Made by a program: the position numbers and the translations under genes
The notes under the pieces: generated by a model
Told to the model about the DNA's origin: nothing
Seen by the model: the letters and a program-made list of their open reading frames with translations, nothing else
The model's database searches: none
Shown here: one piece after another, positions 1 to 7,540 of the stretch
Numbering within the stretch: the stretch's first letter is position 1
How the letters are laid out: the number at the start of each line of letters is the position of its first letter
Source of the DNA: a bacterium
Lineage (GTDB): Bacteria > Hinthialibacterota > Hinthialibacteria > Hinthialibacterales > Hinthialibacteraceae
Length of the DNA stretch: 20,503 nt
NCBI GenBank assembly: GCA_041946805.1
Contig: JBHGBC010000147.1
Span: 1 to 20,503, forward strand
Direction: 5' to 3'

Positions 1-48
1 GAGCGCCAACGGCGCGGCATGAGTATAGCCCAGGGCGTAAGCCCTGGG
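1..48. repeat. REP-like palindrome (AGCCCAGGGCGTAAGCCCTGGG type)
   Basis: Perfect stem CCCAGGGC/GCCCTGGG around a GTAA loop at 28-48, preceded by a GCGCC-AAC-GGCGC hairpin at 3-15. Possibly cut by the window edge. Confidence 0.6.
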
Positions 49-72
49 AGGGATAAAAACAAGAGTGATTAA

Positions 73-108
73 TTCCCTCTCCCTCTGGGAGAGGGCTAGG
101 GTGAGGGA
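73..108 (-). repeat. BoxC-like purine/pyrimidine repeat, copy 1 (reverse orientation)
   Basis: TTCCCTCTCCCTCTGGGAGAGGGCTAGGGTGAGGGA is nearly the reverse complement of 5894-5929. Similarity extends leftwards (GATAAAAACAA at 52-62 vs GATGAAAACAA). Confidence 0.85.
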
Positions 109-257
109 TGCCCGGACAGAGCGGAATACCCGATTTCAAAGCCATTTCATTGTCCACTCCTCATCCGGGTGGAAGAGACCGGGGGGTGACAAACGCTTCC
201 GGCTGGATCAAGATCTTCGCCTGAACGCTTGGATGGATCGATGCTCCGGGAGCCGTC

Positions 258-1697
258 ATGTCCTCACTCAGCCTGGTCATTCTGGTTTTGTATTTCGCTG
301 TTCTGATCGCCATCGGCCTGGTCTTCGCGCGGCGGCAGGACACGCTGTCCGAGTTTTTCCTGGCGGGCCGCGCGATTCCCGCCTGGGCCGCGCTGGCCGC
401 GGTGGTGGCCGCCGAGACCAGCGCCGTGACGTTCATCGGCGCGCCCGCGCAGACCTTCCAGGAAGGCGGGGACATGTCGTTCCTGCAGGTGGCGCTGGGC
501 TTTATGATCGCCCGGGTGATCCTGGCGGTCTATTTCCTGCCCAAATTCATGTCCCACGAAATCCTGACCATCTATGCCTACCTGGGGAAACGCTTCGGCG
601 TGCGGACGCAAAAGGCGGCCGGGCTCTTTTTTTTCGTGACGCGCGCGCTGGCCTCCGGCGTCCGGCATTATGCCGCCTCGCTGGTTATCTCCAGCGTGTT
701 CAAATTCGACCTGATGACCGCCATCGTCATCACCGGCGCCGTGTCCGTGGCGTACTCGGCCACGGGAGGGCTCAAGGCGGTGATCTGGACTGAAGTACTG
801 CAACTCGGTGTGATGATCTTGGGCGGCGTGCTCGGCGTGTATTACGCGTGGCAATGGATCCCCGGCGGGTGGGACTCGATCCTGGCCACGGGAACCGCCA
901 GCGCCAAGTTCGCGATCATTCATTGGGATTGGACGGACGGCGGGAACTATTCGTTCTTCCTGGGGATTTTGGGCGGGACCTGCCTGAGCCTGGCGACCCA
1001 CGGGGCCGACCAGGACATCGTCCAGCGGCTTTTGGCCTGCCAATCCCTGCGCGGCGCGCGGCAGGCGCTGATCGGCAGCGGGATATTCGTGTTTTTCCAG
1101 TTTGCTTTTTTCTTGTTCTTGGGAATTCTGCTATTTGCTTATTATGGAACCTTGCCTTCTGAACTGGAAAAGGCGGATGAAATTTTCCCCTATTTCGCCG
1201 CCCGGATGATGCCGCCGGTGGCCGCCGGCCTGGTGATCGCCGCCATCCTGTCCGCCGCCCTCTCCAGCACCGCCGCCGCGCTCAACGCCCTGGCCTCGGC
1301 CTCCATGAGCGATTTCGTGCTGGTGATCTGGAAACAACCGCTGTCCGCCCGGCAACAGGTTTTCTTGTCCCGCGCCATCACGGTGTTCTGGACGCTGGTG
1401 CTGATCGGCATCGCCTTTTGGGCCAGCGGATCGAAGAACATTCTTGACACCGGCCTCAGCATCCCCAGCTACACCTACGGCAGCCTGTTGGCTGCTTTTC
1501 TCTTGGGGATCTTCACCCAGTACCGGAATGAAACCGCGCTCATCGCGGGGATGTTCGCCGGCGCCGCCGCCGTGTTGATCTTCTCGCGTTTTCATTTTCA
1601 TTGGACGTGGTTCGTGCCCGTGGGAACACTGGTGTCGATGGGGGTGGCGATGGGCTTGGAGATATTTTGGGAGAGACTTGCACGCCGGCCATATTGA
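258..1697 (+). CDS. Sodium:solute symporter (SSS/SLC5 family)
   Basis: 479 aa with many hydrophobic helices. SSS motifs EFFLAGR, AAETSAVTFIGAP, GGLKAVIWTE, DQDIVQRLLAC and AAILSAALSS. RBS GGAG upstream. Confidence 0.93.
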   Translation: MSSLSLVILVLYFAVLIAIGLVFARRQDTLSEFFLAGRAIPAWAALAAVVAAETSAVTFIGAPAQTFQEGGDMSFLQVALGFMIARVILAVYFLPKFMSHEILTIYAYLGKRFGVRTQKAAGLFFFVTRALASGVRHYAASLVISSVFKFDLMTAIVITGAVSVAYSATGGLKAVIWTEVLQLGVMILGGVLGVYYAWQWIPGGWDSILATGTASAKFAIIHWDWTDGGNYSFFLGILGGTCLSLATHGADQDIVQRLLACQSLRGARQALIGSGIFVFFQFAFFLFLGILLFAYYGTLPSELEKADEIFPYFAARMMPPVAAGLVIAAILSAALSSTAAALNALASASMSDFVLVIWKQPLSARQQVFLSRAITVFWTLVLIGIAFWASGSKNILDTGLSIPSYTYGSLLAAFLLGIFTQYRNETALIAGMFAGAAAVLIFSRFHFHWTWFVPVGTLVSMGVAMGLEIFWERLARRPY

Positions 1698-1718
1698 GTG
1701 AAACGATTCATAAACCGC

Positions 1719-2009
1719 TTAGACATAGATCAAATCCTCTTTGATCTCGGCCCAATGCCGGGATTTGATCGCCCCCTTGGATACCACATCCGCGGGAAGA
1801 CCCAGCGCGGCTTCAATGCTATCCGCCAGGATCACGAAATCCAGGCCGATGTTGGGATCGACCTCCGCCAGGATATCGACATCGCTTTTCGGATTATGTT
1901 CACCCCGCGCCGCCGAGCCGAACAAGGCCAGGGACTTGACCTGAAAGCGCGCCGCCCATTCGGGTTTATTCTTGGCGAGAATGGATAAAATCTCTTCGCG
2001 CGTTTTCAT
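1719..2009 (-). CDS. Minimal nucleotidyltransferase (MNT, MntA-like antitoxin)
   Basis: 96 aa. Pol-beta NTase motif LFGSAARGE...SDVDIL plus the third Asp in ADVV. RBS AAGGAG. Confidence 0.9.
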   Translation of the reverse strand: MKTREEILSILAKNKPEWAARFQVKSLALFGSAARGEHNPKSDVDILAEVDPNIGLDFVILADSIEAALGLPADVVSKGAIKSRHWAEIKEDLIYV

Positions 2010-2112
2010 TATAGCTCCTTATCCGATTGCATGAGTGATTGGTGTTCTCCCGCATTAATCTTCCCGCCTCTGAAACACACCCCGGCCGGAAGAACCGCTT
2101 TTTTCGATTCTT

Positions 2113-2730
2113 CTACTCCCCTGAACCACCACCCTTGAAATGCATCAGAAATATCTTCACTTCGTTCATGGCTTGGCCGCGGTGGCTGACCGAATGCTTG
2201 AGCGCCGCGTCGATCTCGGCGAAGGTTTGGCCGAGCGGCGGGTAAAAGAAGATGGGATCGTAACCGAAGCCGTTCTCCCCCCGCGGCGCGAAGGCAATGC
2301 GCCCCTCGACGGACCGCGAGGTCGAGAAGAGCGTCTCGCCGTCCCGGGCGATCACGGCGGCGCAGACGAACCGGGCGGTCCGCCGTTCTTCCGGCGTATC
2401 CCCCAACTCCGTGAGCACCCGCCACAGGTTCTCCTCATCCGTGGACCCTTCGCCGCGGGCATACCGCGCCGAGTAGATTCCCGGCGCGCCATTCAACGCG
2501 TCGACTACCAGGCCGGAGTCGTCGGCCAGCGTCAGGCATCCGGTCTGGCGGGAGGTTTCCACCGCCTTTTTCATCGCGTTTTCGAGAAAGGAACCGCCGT
2601 CCTCGATCACCTCGGGGCAATCCGGAAAATCACGCAGCGTCAAGACATGCCAATCCCCCCCGGCCACGAGGTCCTGCAGTTCCTTCTGTTTTTTCAGATT
2701 GCGGGTGGCGAGCAGCAGTGTGGATTTCAT
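2113..2730 (-). CDS. rdgB: Non-canonical purine NTP pyrophosphatase (dITP/XTP pyrophosphatase, HAM1 family)
   Basis: Motifs ATRNLKK, ENAMKKA, ADDSGL..DALNGAPGIYSARY, GFGYDPIF and K..SHRG. Confidence 0.96.
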   Translation of the reverse strand: MKSTLLLATRNLKKQKELQDLVAGGDWHVLTLRDFPDCPEVIEDGGSFLENAMKKAVETSRQTGCLTLADDSGLVVDALNGAPGIYSARYARGEGSTDEENLWRVLTELGDTPEERRTARFVCAAVIARDGETLFSTSRSVEGRIAFAPRGENGFGYDPIFFYPPLGQTFAEIDAALKHSVSHRGQAMNEVKIFLMHFKGGGSGE

Positions 2731-3359
2731 CGGTTCGCGAACGGATTCCGCATGGGGCCGGTGAACGGTTGCAGACCGCGCGGGGATTTCAGAATTTCCG
2801 ATAGCAGGATCGACGCGCGCAGGGGTTCTTTTTCCGCTCTCCGCGCGATCAGGACCAAGGGTGAAGGGCCGGAAACCACCGGCGTTTTGATGGCCGGCGC
2901 CACCCGTTTCTGGGTGGATGGTTGGGGAGGTTGAACCGGCGGAGGCGTTTGCGGCGCTTCGGGCTTGGATCTCCGCCGCCTCCGGGGACGGGGTTCATCC
3001 ACCGGCTCGGGCAGTTCTTCCACCTCCAGCAACTCCCGCAAGACCTTCATCAGCGTGGATTCCTTCCGCTGCGTGGGCGCTTCGGTCACAGTGGGACGCG
3101 GCGGTTCCGCCGGAAGCCGCCGGGTGGAAATGGGCCGCGCGCGTTTCGCCATGGAGGGACGCGGCGGCTGGGGCGGACGGGTCCGGCTGGGAAACAGCGG
3201 AGCCCGTGGTTCCCGGGCCACGGGCGGATGGGGAATATCAATGGAATCCGGCGTGGTGTCCTTTTCCTCTTCGGAACCCCGCAGGTTTTTGAAAAAATTC
3301 TGCATTCCCCCAATGATCAAAAAGGCGAGAATGACGAGCAATTCGATCAAATTATCCAT
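2727..3359 (-). CDS. Hypothetical N-terminally anchored Pro/Arg-rich membrane protein
   Basis: N-terminal hydrophobic helix (LIELLVILAFLIIGG), long low-complexity linker, C-terminal amphipathic motif LRASILLSEILKSP. Its stop overlaps the rdgB start (ATGA). Confidence 0.75.
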   Translation of the reverse strand: MDNLIELLVILAFLIIGGMQNFFKNLRGSEEEKDTTPDSIDIPHPPVAREPRAPLFPSRTRPPQPPRPSMAKRARPISTRRLPAEPPRPTVTEAPTQRKESTLMKVLRELLEVEELPEPVDEPRPRRRRRSKPEAPQTPPPVQPPQPSTQKRVAPAIKTPVVSGPSPLVLIARRAEKEPLRASILLSEILKSPRGLQPFTGPMRNPFANR

Positions 3360-3382
3360 GGTACACTCACTTTATTGTTTGT

Positions 3383-3512
3383 GATTCATCCGGCAACTGC
3401 GTACATGTAAGGGATTCCAATCCTTCCAGGATGCGGGCGGATATCAAGGTCCGCTTCTACAAAAACTCCCTCACTCTCTCCCGGAGGGAGAGGGAAATGG
3501 GGATCGGTCTTC
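3383..3512 (+). mobile_element. Partial (left-half) copy of the ~210-bp MITE-like element
   Basis: GATTCATCCGGCAACTGCGTACAT...CCAGGATGCGGGCGGATATCAAGGTCCGCTTCTACAAAAACTCCCTCA...GGGAGAGGGAA is colinear with 7045-7192 (left end, REP-like hairpin, BoxC-like repeat). Confidence 0.7.
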
Positions 3513-3564
3513 CCGTCCGGTTATCCATGCAGGATAGGCTCGAAGCGCACCGCGGCCCACCCCC

Positions 3565-3609
3565 AATCCTGTGCATCCTGTGTATTCTGGCCATTCAGAT
3601 TCAGGCAAG
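3565..3609. repeat. Short degenerate 9-mer tandem repeat (ATCCTGTGC-type)
   Basis: AATCCTGTGC ATCCTGTGT ATTCTGGCC ATTCAG ATTCAGGCAA. Confidence 0.5.
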
Positions 3610-3661
3610 AAACTACAACTCTTCTTCATTTGTCACACCCTCATTACTCGTTGGCCCGCGA

Positions 3662-3689
3662 TTGAATATCCGATTTATGATAGCATAAT
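3662..3689 (+). promoter_or_regulatory. Possible sigma70-type promoter for neuA-neuC
   Basis: TTGAAT-16 nt-CATAAT about 80 nt upstream of the neuA start. Pattern match only. Confidence 0.3.
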
Positions 3690-3771
3690 GCCCTGGATCG
3701 AGGCAGAGTGAAATTCCCTTTCGATCCCATCAACCCGGACGCGCTCAATGCTCCGGGCGGGAGTAAGGACG

Positions 3772-4506
3772 GTGAACGAATCCGCGATTCCCCACACGTT
3801 GGGCATCATCCCGGCGCGCGGCGGGTCCAAGGGATTGCCGCGTAAAAACGTACGGCCGCTCGGCGGCATTCCCCTCATCGCGCACACGATCCGGGCGGCG
3901 CTGCGCAGCCGGATCGAACGCGTGATCGTCTCCACGGACGACGAGGAAATCCTGGCGGTGGCGCGCGATTGGGGGGCGGATGTGCCCTTCCGGCGGCCGC
4001 CGGCGTATTCGGGCGACACCGCCACGTCGCTCTCGGTGCTGCTCCACGCGCTGGACTATCTCGAGCGGGAAGAGGGCGCGCGCGTGGACCACGTCGTGTA
4101 CTTGCAGCCGACCTGCCCCTTCCGCAACGCGGGGCATATCAATGAGGCGCTGGAAAAATACTTCGGCGCGGGCACGGTATCGCTCATCTCGGTCACGTCC
4201 GTGGAAGAGTTTCATCCGTATTTCATGTTCACGAAGGATGAACAGGACCGTTTGCAACCCTTGTACGCGATCAACAACCGGCCCTTGCGGCGGCAGGACC
4301 TGCCCGCTGTCTACCGTATCAACGGCGCGATTTATATCACCCGCCGGACGTATTATGCAAACCTCCCGCCGGCGGCCGCGATTTTCGACTGGAATTCACT
4401 GGCCGCGTACGAAATGGACGCGCCCAGTTCGGTGGACATCAACGATTACCTCGATTTTCAAAAGGCCGAATGGCTGCTCGAGCAGGAAACGGGAGAAACG
4501 CCATGA
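3772..4506 (+). CDS. neuA: Acylneuraminate (CMP-nonulosonic acid) cytidylyltransferase, NeuA/LegF-like
   Basis: Motifs IPARGGSKGLPRKN, VSTDD, LQPTCPFR, RRQDLP..Y.INGAIY and SVDIND..DF. Start placed at GTG 3772 after GGAG/AAGGA; the ORF opens at 3748. Confidence 0.92.
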   Translation: MNESAIPHTLGIIPARGGSKGLPRKNVRPLGGIPLIAHTIRAALRSRIERVIVSTDDEEILAVARDWGADVPFRRPPAYSGDTATSLSVLLHALDYLEREEGARVDHVVYLQPTCPFRNAGHINEALEKYFGAGTVSLISVTSVEEFHPYFMFTKDEQDRLQPLYAINNRPLRRQDLPAVYRINGAIYITRRTYYANLPPAAAIFDWNSLAAYEMDAPSSVDINDYLDFQKAEWLLEQETGETP

Positions 4507-5654
4507 GACGAGTCGCCATCGTGACGGGCGCCCGGGCGGAGTATGGAATCTTGAAACCCGTGATCGAGGCGGTCGCTTCCTCGCCCCGGCTGGAATTGCA
4601 GCTGGCCGTGACGGGGATGCACCTCGCGCCGGAACACGGCTATACGGTGCGGGAAATCGAAAACGACGGCTTTTCCATCGCGGCGCGCGTGGAAATGCTG
4701 CTGCGGGGTGACACTCCGGCGGCGATGGGCAAGGGCCTGGGCATCGGCATCTACGGATTGACCGGCGAAATCGAACGGCTGCGCCCGGACATCGTGCTTG
4801 TGCTGGGAGACCGGGTGGAGGCGTTCGCCGGGGCGGTGGCGGGCTTGTTCGCCGGGGCGGTGGTGGCCCACTTGCATGGGGGGGAAATCACCCGGGGCGG
4901 GTTGGATGAATACATGCGCCACGCCATCACCAAATTGAGCCATGTCCATTTCACGGCTACGGAACAGGCCAAGCAACGCGTCCTGGATATGGGCGAACAT
5001 CCCGCCATGGTTTTTTGCACCGGCACCCCTGGGCTGGACGCGCTGCTGCGGTATCCCTGGATGAGTGACGCGGAATTGTCGCAAGCCGTGGGATTCCCCC
5101 TTCCGGAGCGGTACGCGCTCGTAATTCAACATCCTGTGTCCACGCGTCCGGACTCGGCCGGAGTGGAGATCATGGAAACACTGGAAGCCCTGCGGAAGAG
5201 TGGATTGGCCACCCTGCTGTTCTATCCCAACGCGGACGCGGGGGGACAGCAAATCGTGGAAACCATCGGGGAATACAAGGGAGAGGCGTGGCTGCGGACC
5301 TGTATCCATTTTCCCCGTCCCGTCTACGCGAATCTGCTGCGGCGGGCGGCGGTGCTGGCGGGCAACAGCAGCTCGGGCATGATCGACTCAGCGGCCTTCG
5401 GAGTTCCCGTGGTAAACATCGGCGACCGCCAGAAGGGCCGCGAGCGCGGAGATAATGTGATCGATGTCCCCCCGGAACGGGAAGCGATCGCGCGCGCCCT
5501 CCAACGGGCGGTGAACGACGAAACCTTCATCCAGCAGGCCCGCGCCGCCAAAAGCCCCTACGGTGACGGCGCGGCCTCCACCCGGATCCTCCACCACCTC
5601 GAAACCCTCGATCTCGACCAGGCCAAGGAAAAAAAATGGATGGCCCGCGGGTGA
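4503..5654 (+). CDS. neuC: UDP-N-acetylglucosamine 2-epimerase (hydrolysing), NeuC/LegG-like
   Basis: Motifs VTGARAEYG, TGMHL, LGDRVE, HLHGGE, DEYMRHAITKLSH.HF, GNSSSG and IGDRQKGR. ATG 4503 overlaps the neuA stop (ATGA). Confidence 0.93.
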   Translation: MRRVAIVTGARAEYGILKPVIEAVASSPRLELQLAVTGMHLAPEHGYTVREIENDGFSIAARVEMLLRGDTPAAMGKGLGIGIYGLTGEIERLRPDIVLVLGDRVEAFAGAVAGLFAGAVVAHLHGGEITRGGLDEYMRHAITKLSHVHFTATEQAKQRVLDMGEHPAMVFCTGTPGLDALLRYPWMSDAELSQAVGFPLPERYALVIQHPVSTRPDSAGVEIMETLEALRKSGLATLLFYPNADAGGQQIVETIGEYKGEAWLRTCIHFPRPVYANLLRRAAVLAGNSSSGMIDSAAFGVPVVNIGDRQKGRERGDNVIDVPPEREAIARALQRAVNDETFIQQARAAKSPYGDGAASTRILHHLETLDLDQAKEKKWMARG

Positions 5655-5726
5655 TTGGTTTTATGGGATATGACGGTCTGGTAATCAAAACCTCCGTCCG
5701 CTCTGATGGATCCACCGCGGGGAGAG

Positions 5727-5760
5727 GTAGGATGGGTTAGCGCGAAGCGCGTAATCCGTC
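5727..5760 (+). repeat. GTAG-family REP hairpin
   Basis: GTAG followed by GATGGGTTA-GCGCGAAGCGCG-TAATCCGTC, an imperfect palindrome with the 5' GTAG tetranucleotide typical of RAYT-type REPs. Confidence 0.75.
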
Positions 5761-5801
5761 GATATTCAGCTGATTTATATTCGATAACTCCTCCCCGGAT
5801 A

Positions 5802-5826
5802 TCATCCCCGCGAAAGCGGGGATCCA
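5802..5826 (+). repeat. Palindromic repeat TCATCCCCGCGAAAGCGGGGATCC, copy 1
   Basis: ATCCCCGC-GAAA-GCGGGGAT hairpin. A second copy lies in reverse orientation at 7501-7526. Confidence 0.8.
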
Positions 5827-5868
5827 GGAAGTGGCGATTTTATCCATTCGTTATCGGAGAATAATCAA

Positions 5869-6012
5869 GGTGAATGACTCCATTGTCAGGCTTTCCCTCA
5901 CCCTGACCCTCTCCCAGAGGGAGAGGGAATTTTGTGGGGTTGTTTTCATCGATCCTTTCGAAGCGATGCGCACCGGCTGTTTGAAAAAAAACACGCGCTT
6001 GCCGGATGAACC
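5869..6012 (+). mobile_element. Internally deleted or left-degenerate copy of the MITE-like element (BoxC-like repeat plus right end)
   Basis: 5895-6010 aligns with 7142-7255 (roughly 80% by eye) and ends ...GCTTGCCGGATGAACC. Bracketed by ATAATCAA (5861-5868) and ATAATCAC (6013-6020). Confidence 0.7.
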
Positions 6013-6034
6013 ATAATCACTTCTTGGATATGCC

Positions 6035-6994
6035 TTATTTTTTCTCCCCGCTTATTTTCTCCCGATACGCCGCATATTCCTGCAGCACGTCCTCCCGGCC
6101 TTCCCACAATTTGTACACCACGCGGTACTGGAAGCCGTATTCCTTCCCGATTTCATATTTGGGCACGATGTATTGAAAATCCCACGCCGGATTGGTGTCG
6201 TCCTTCGCCGCGGTGAGTCCCCCGCCGGAGGGCGAATGGGCGAAGCGGATGCCCTCCGGCGACGCGAACATCACGATCAACACCATGTTTTTGAACCGGC
6301 CGTAGAAGAACGGCTCCACATACCGGATCTTTGATATATTCGTGAATAGAAAGGTGGGCGCGCCGGGCGCGAAGGTCCAATCGAATTCATCCCGGACATG
6401 CTTCACCGTGCTGTCGTGATTGTGAAATTGCGTGCAGAACTGTTCCCAGACCCGGCCGTCCCCGCCTTCCGTGAGATAGTAGATGCTCTTGTTCAAGGGT
6501 GAGTTGATATAACTCGCGAAGAAGACGCCGAACGCCCCGCCCTCGTAGACATCCTCATGGGGGACGCAGCGGAACTCCACATCGATATAGTAGGGATCCG
6601 CCAGCGTGAAGCGCGTGACGCTCTGCATCTTCATGACCGGCGTGGGCGGCTGGTGCAGTTCCGCTGTCTTCTCGTTGATTTTTTGGAAGGACATGGGGGC
6701 GTTGCGGGGTTCGAAGAGGATGTTCCGGTCCGCGAAACGGGCCGAGCCGTCGAACACGTGCTCCAGGTTCAAGCCCGCGTAGGCCGGCACGAAGACCGAT
6801 TCCGGCTGGTGGATCGAACTCAGATGAAACACTCCGTTGTATCCCGCCCGGTGGTCTCCCCGCGCCGCGTTGTTGCCGATGACGCACCGCAGTTCACTCG
6901 TGCGGAATTCGGCGTTGTCTTCGGCCCGGACCGCCGGCGCCGTCCATGCCCAACCCGCCAGGATAAAGCTGAGTATCCATCGAGAATGGTTCAT
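6035..6994 (-). CDS. Secreted hypothetical protein (beta-rich, possibly carbohydrate-active)
   Basis: Start at ATG 6994 with RBS GGAG and a Sec signal (RWILSFILAGWAWTAPAVRA). Aromatic and beta-strand-rich sequence. No family recognised with confidence. Confidence 0.8.
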   Translation of the reverse strand: MNHSRWILSFILAGWAWTAPAVRAEDNAEFRTSELRCVIGNNAARGDHRAGYNGVFHLSSIHQPESVFVPAYAGLNLEHVFDGSARFADRNILFEPRNAPMSFQKINEKTAELHQPPTPVMKMQSVTRFTLADPYYIDVEFRCVPHEDVYEGGAFGVFFASYINSPLNKSIYYLTEGGDGRVWEQFCTQFHNHDSTVKHVRDEFDWTFAPGAPTFLFTNISKIRYVEPFFYGRFKNMVLIVMFASPEGIRFAHSPSGGGLTAAKDDTNPAWDFQYIVPKYEIGKEYGFQYRVVYKLWEGREDVLQEYAAYREKISGEKK

Positions 6995-7044
6995 ATTTTT
7001 TCTCCGGTGAACATAGGTTTTATTCGGCAATCGCATGCTCATTT

Positions 7045-7257
7045 CGTTTATCCGGGAAGCGCGTACATCATGAGGTAAAATCGATTTCCTACACACCGGG
7101 ATGAGGGCGGACACCCAGGTCCGCACCCCCTATCAAAAATACCCTCACCCTGACCCTCTCCCCGAGGGAGAGTGAATTTTGGGGACGGTTTTCATCAACC
7201 ATTTCGAAGAAATGCGAACCGGCGGTCTGAAAAAAGCACGTACTAGCCGGATGAGTC
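7045..7257 (+). mobile_element. Complete ~210-bp MITE-like element with ISL3-like terminal inverted repeats and target-site duplication
   Basis: Left end GTTTATCCGGGAAGCGCGT and right end ACGTACTAGCCGGATGAGTC are imperfect inverted repeats. Direct repeat CTCATTTC at 7038-7045 and 7258-7265. Internal REP-like hairpin at 7105-7133 and BoxC-like repeat at 7142-7176. Confidence 0.75.
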
Positions 7258-7375
7258 CTCATTTCCATAAGGGGCGATCGTCATCCATTCAGACTGCTTT
7301 GAGAGATCCACTCAAAATCCCCACTGCCTATGGACTGATCTTTACTCCGAATTCCCGGATCATGCAATAGAATAT

Positions 7376-7462
7376 GATCCCTGGAGGGGATCAATGTGAA
7401 TAACCGTAGGTGATGGCCTGCAGTTCTGTAAATACTGAAAACCTACCCCACAGGGATTGAAT
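7376..7462. repeat. Degenerate REP-like module (hairpin-AATAACCGTAGGTG-hairpin)
   Basis: GATCCCTGGAGGGGATCAAT and ACCCCACAGGGATTGAAT are related imperfect hairpins flanking GAATAACCGTAGGTG. Confidence 0.45.
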
Positions 7463-7500
7463 ATTTTATACGATCCCGGCGGGTTCCCAATGCTTCTTCC

Positions 7501-7526
7501 GGATCCCCGCTTTCGCGGGGATGACA
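7501..7526 (-). repeat. Palindromic repeat TGTCATCCCCGCGAAAGCGGGGATCC, copy 2
   Basis: Reverse complement of 5802-5825, located about 15 nt downstream of the stop of 7541-8488. Could protect the mRNA 3' end. Confidence 0.8.
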
Positions 7527-7540
7527 TTGGGCTCTTCTTT

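Noticed and set aside
65..1601. Alternative ORFs 65-793(+), 264-1043(-) and 1131-1601(-)
   Set aside because: Shadow ORFs of the high-GC symporter gene with no recognisable motifs.
1698..1988. 96-aa + strand ORF following the symporter
   Set aside because: Antisense to the MNT gene, which has clear catalytic motifs and an RBS.
5895..7255. Possible CRISPR array or integron attC cassettes suggested by recurring palindromes
   Set aside because: The repeats are dispersed, not regularly spaced with unique ~30-40 nt spacers. No cas or integrase gene is present and no attC-type RYYYAAC...GTTRRRY ends were recognised.
5831..7370. Similar small ORFs 5831-6016 and 7179-7370 (FIxxFExMRTGxLKK)
   Set aside because: The similarity comes from the DNA repeat. 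Indels shift the frame between copies and there is no RBS, so they are unlikely to be real peptides.
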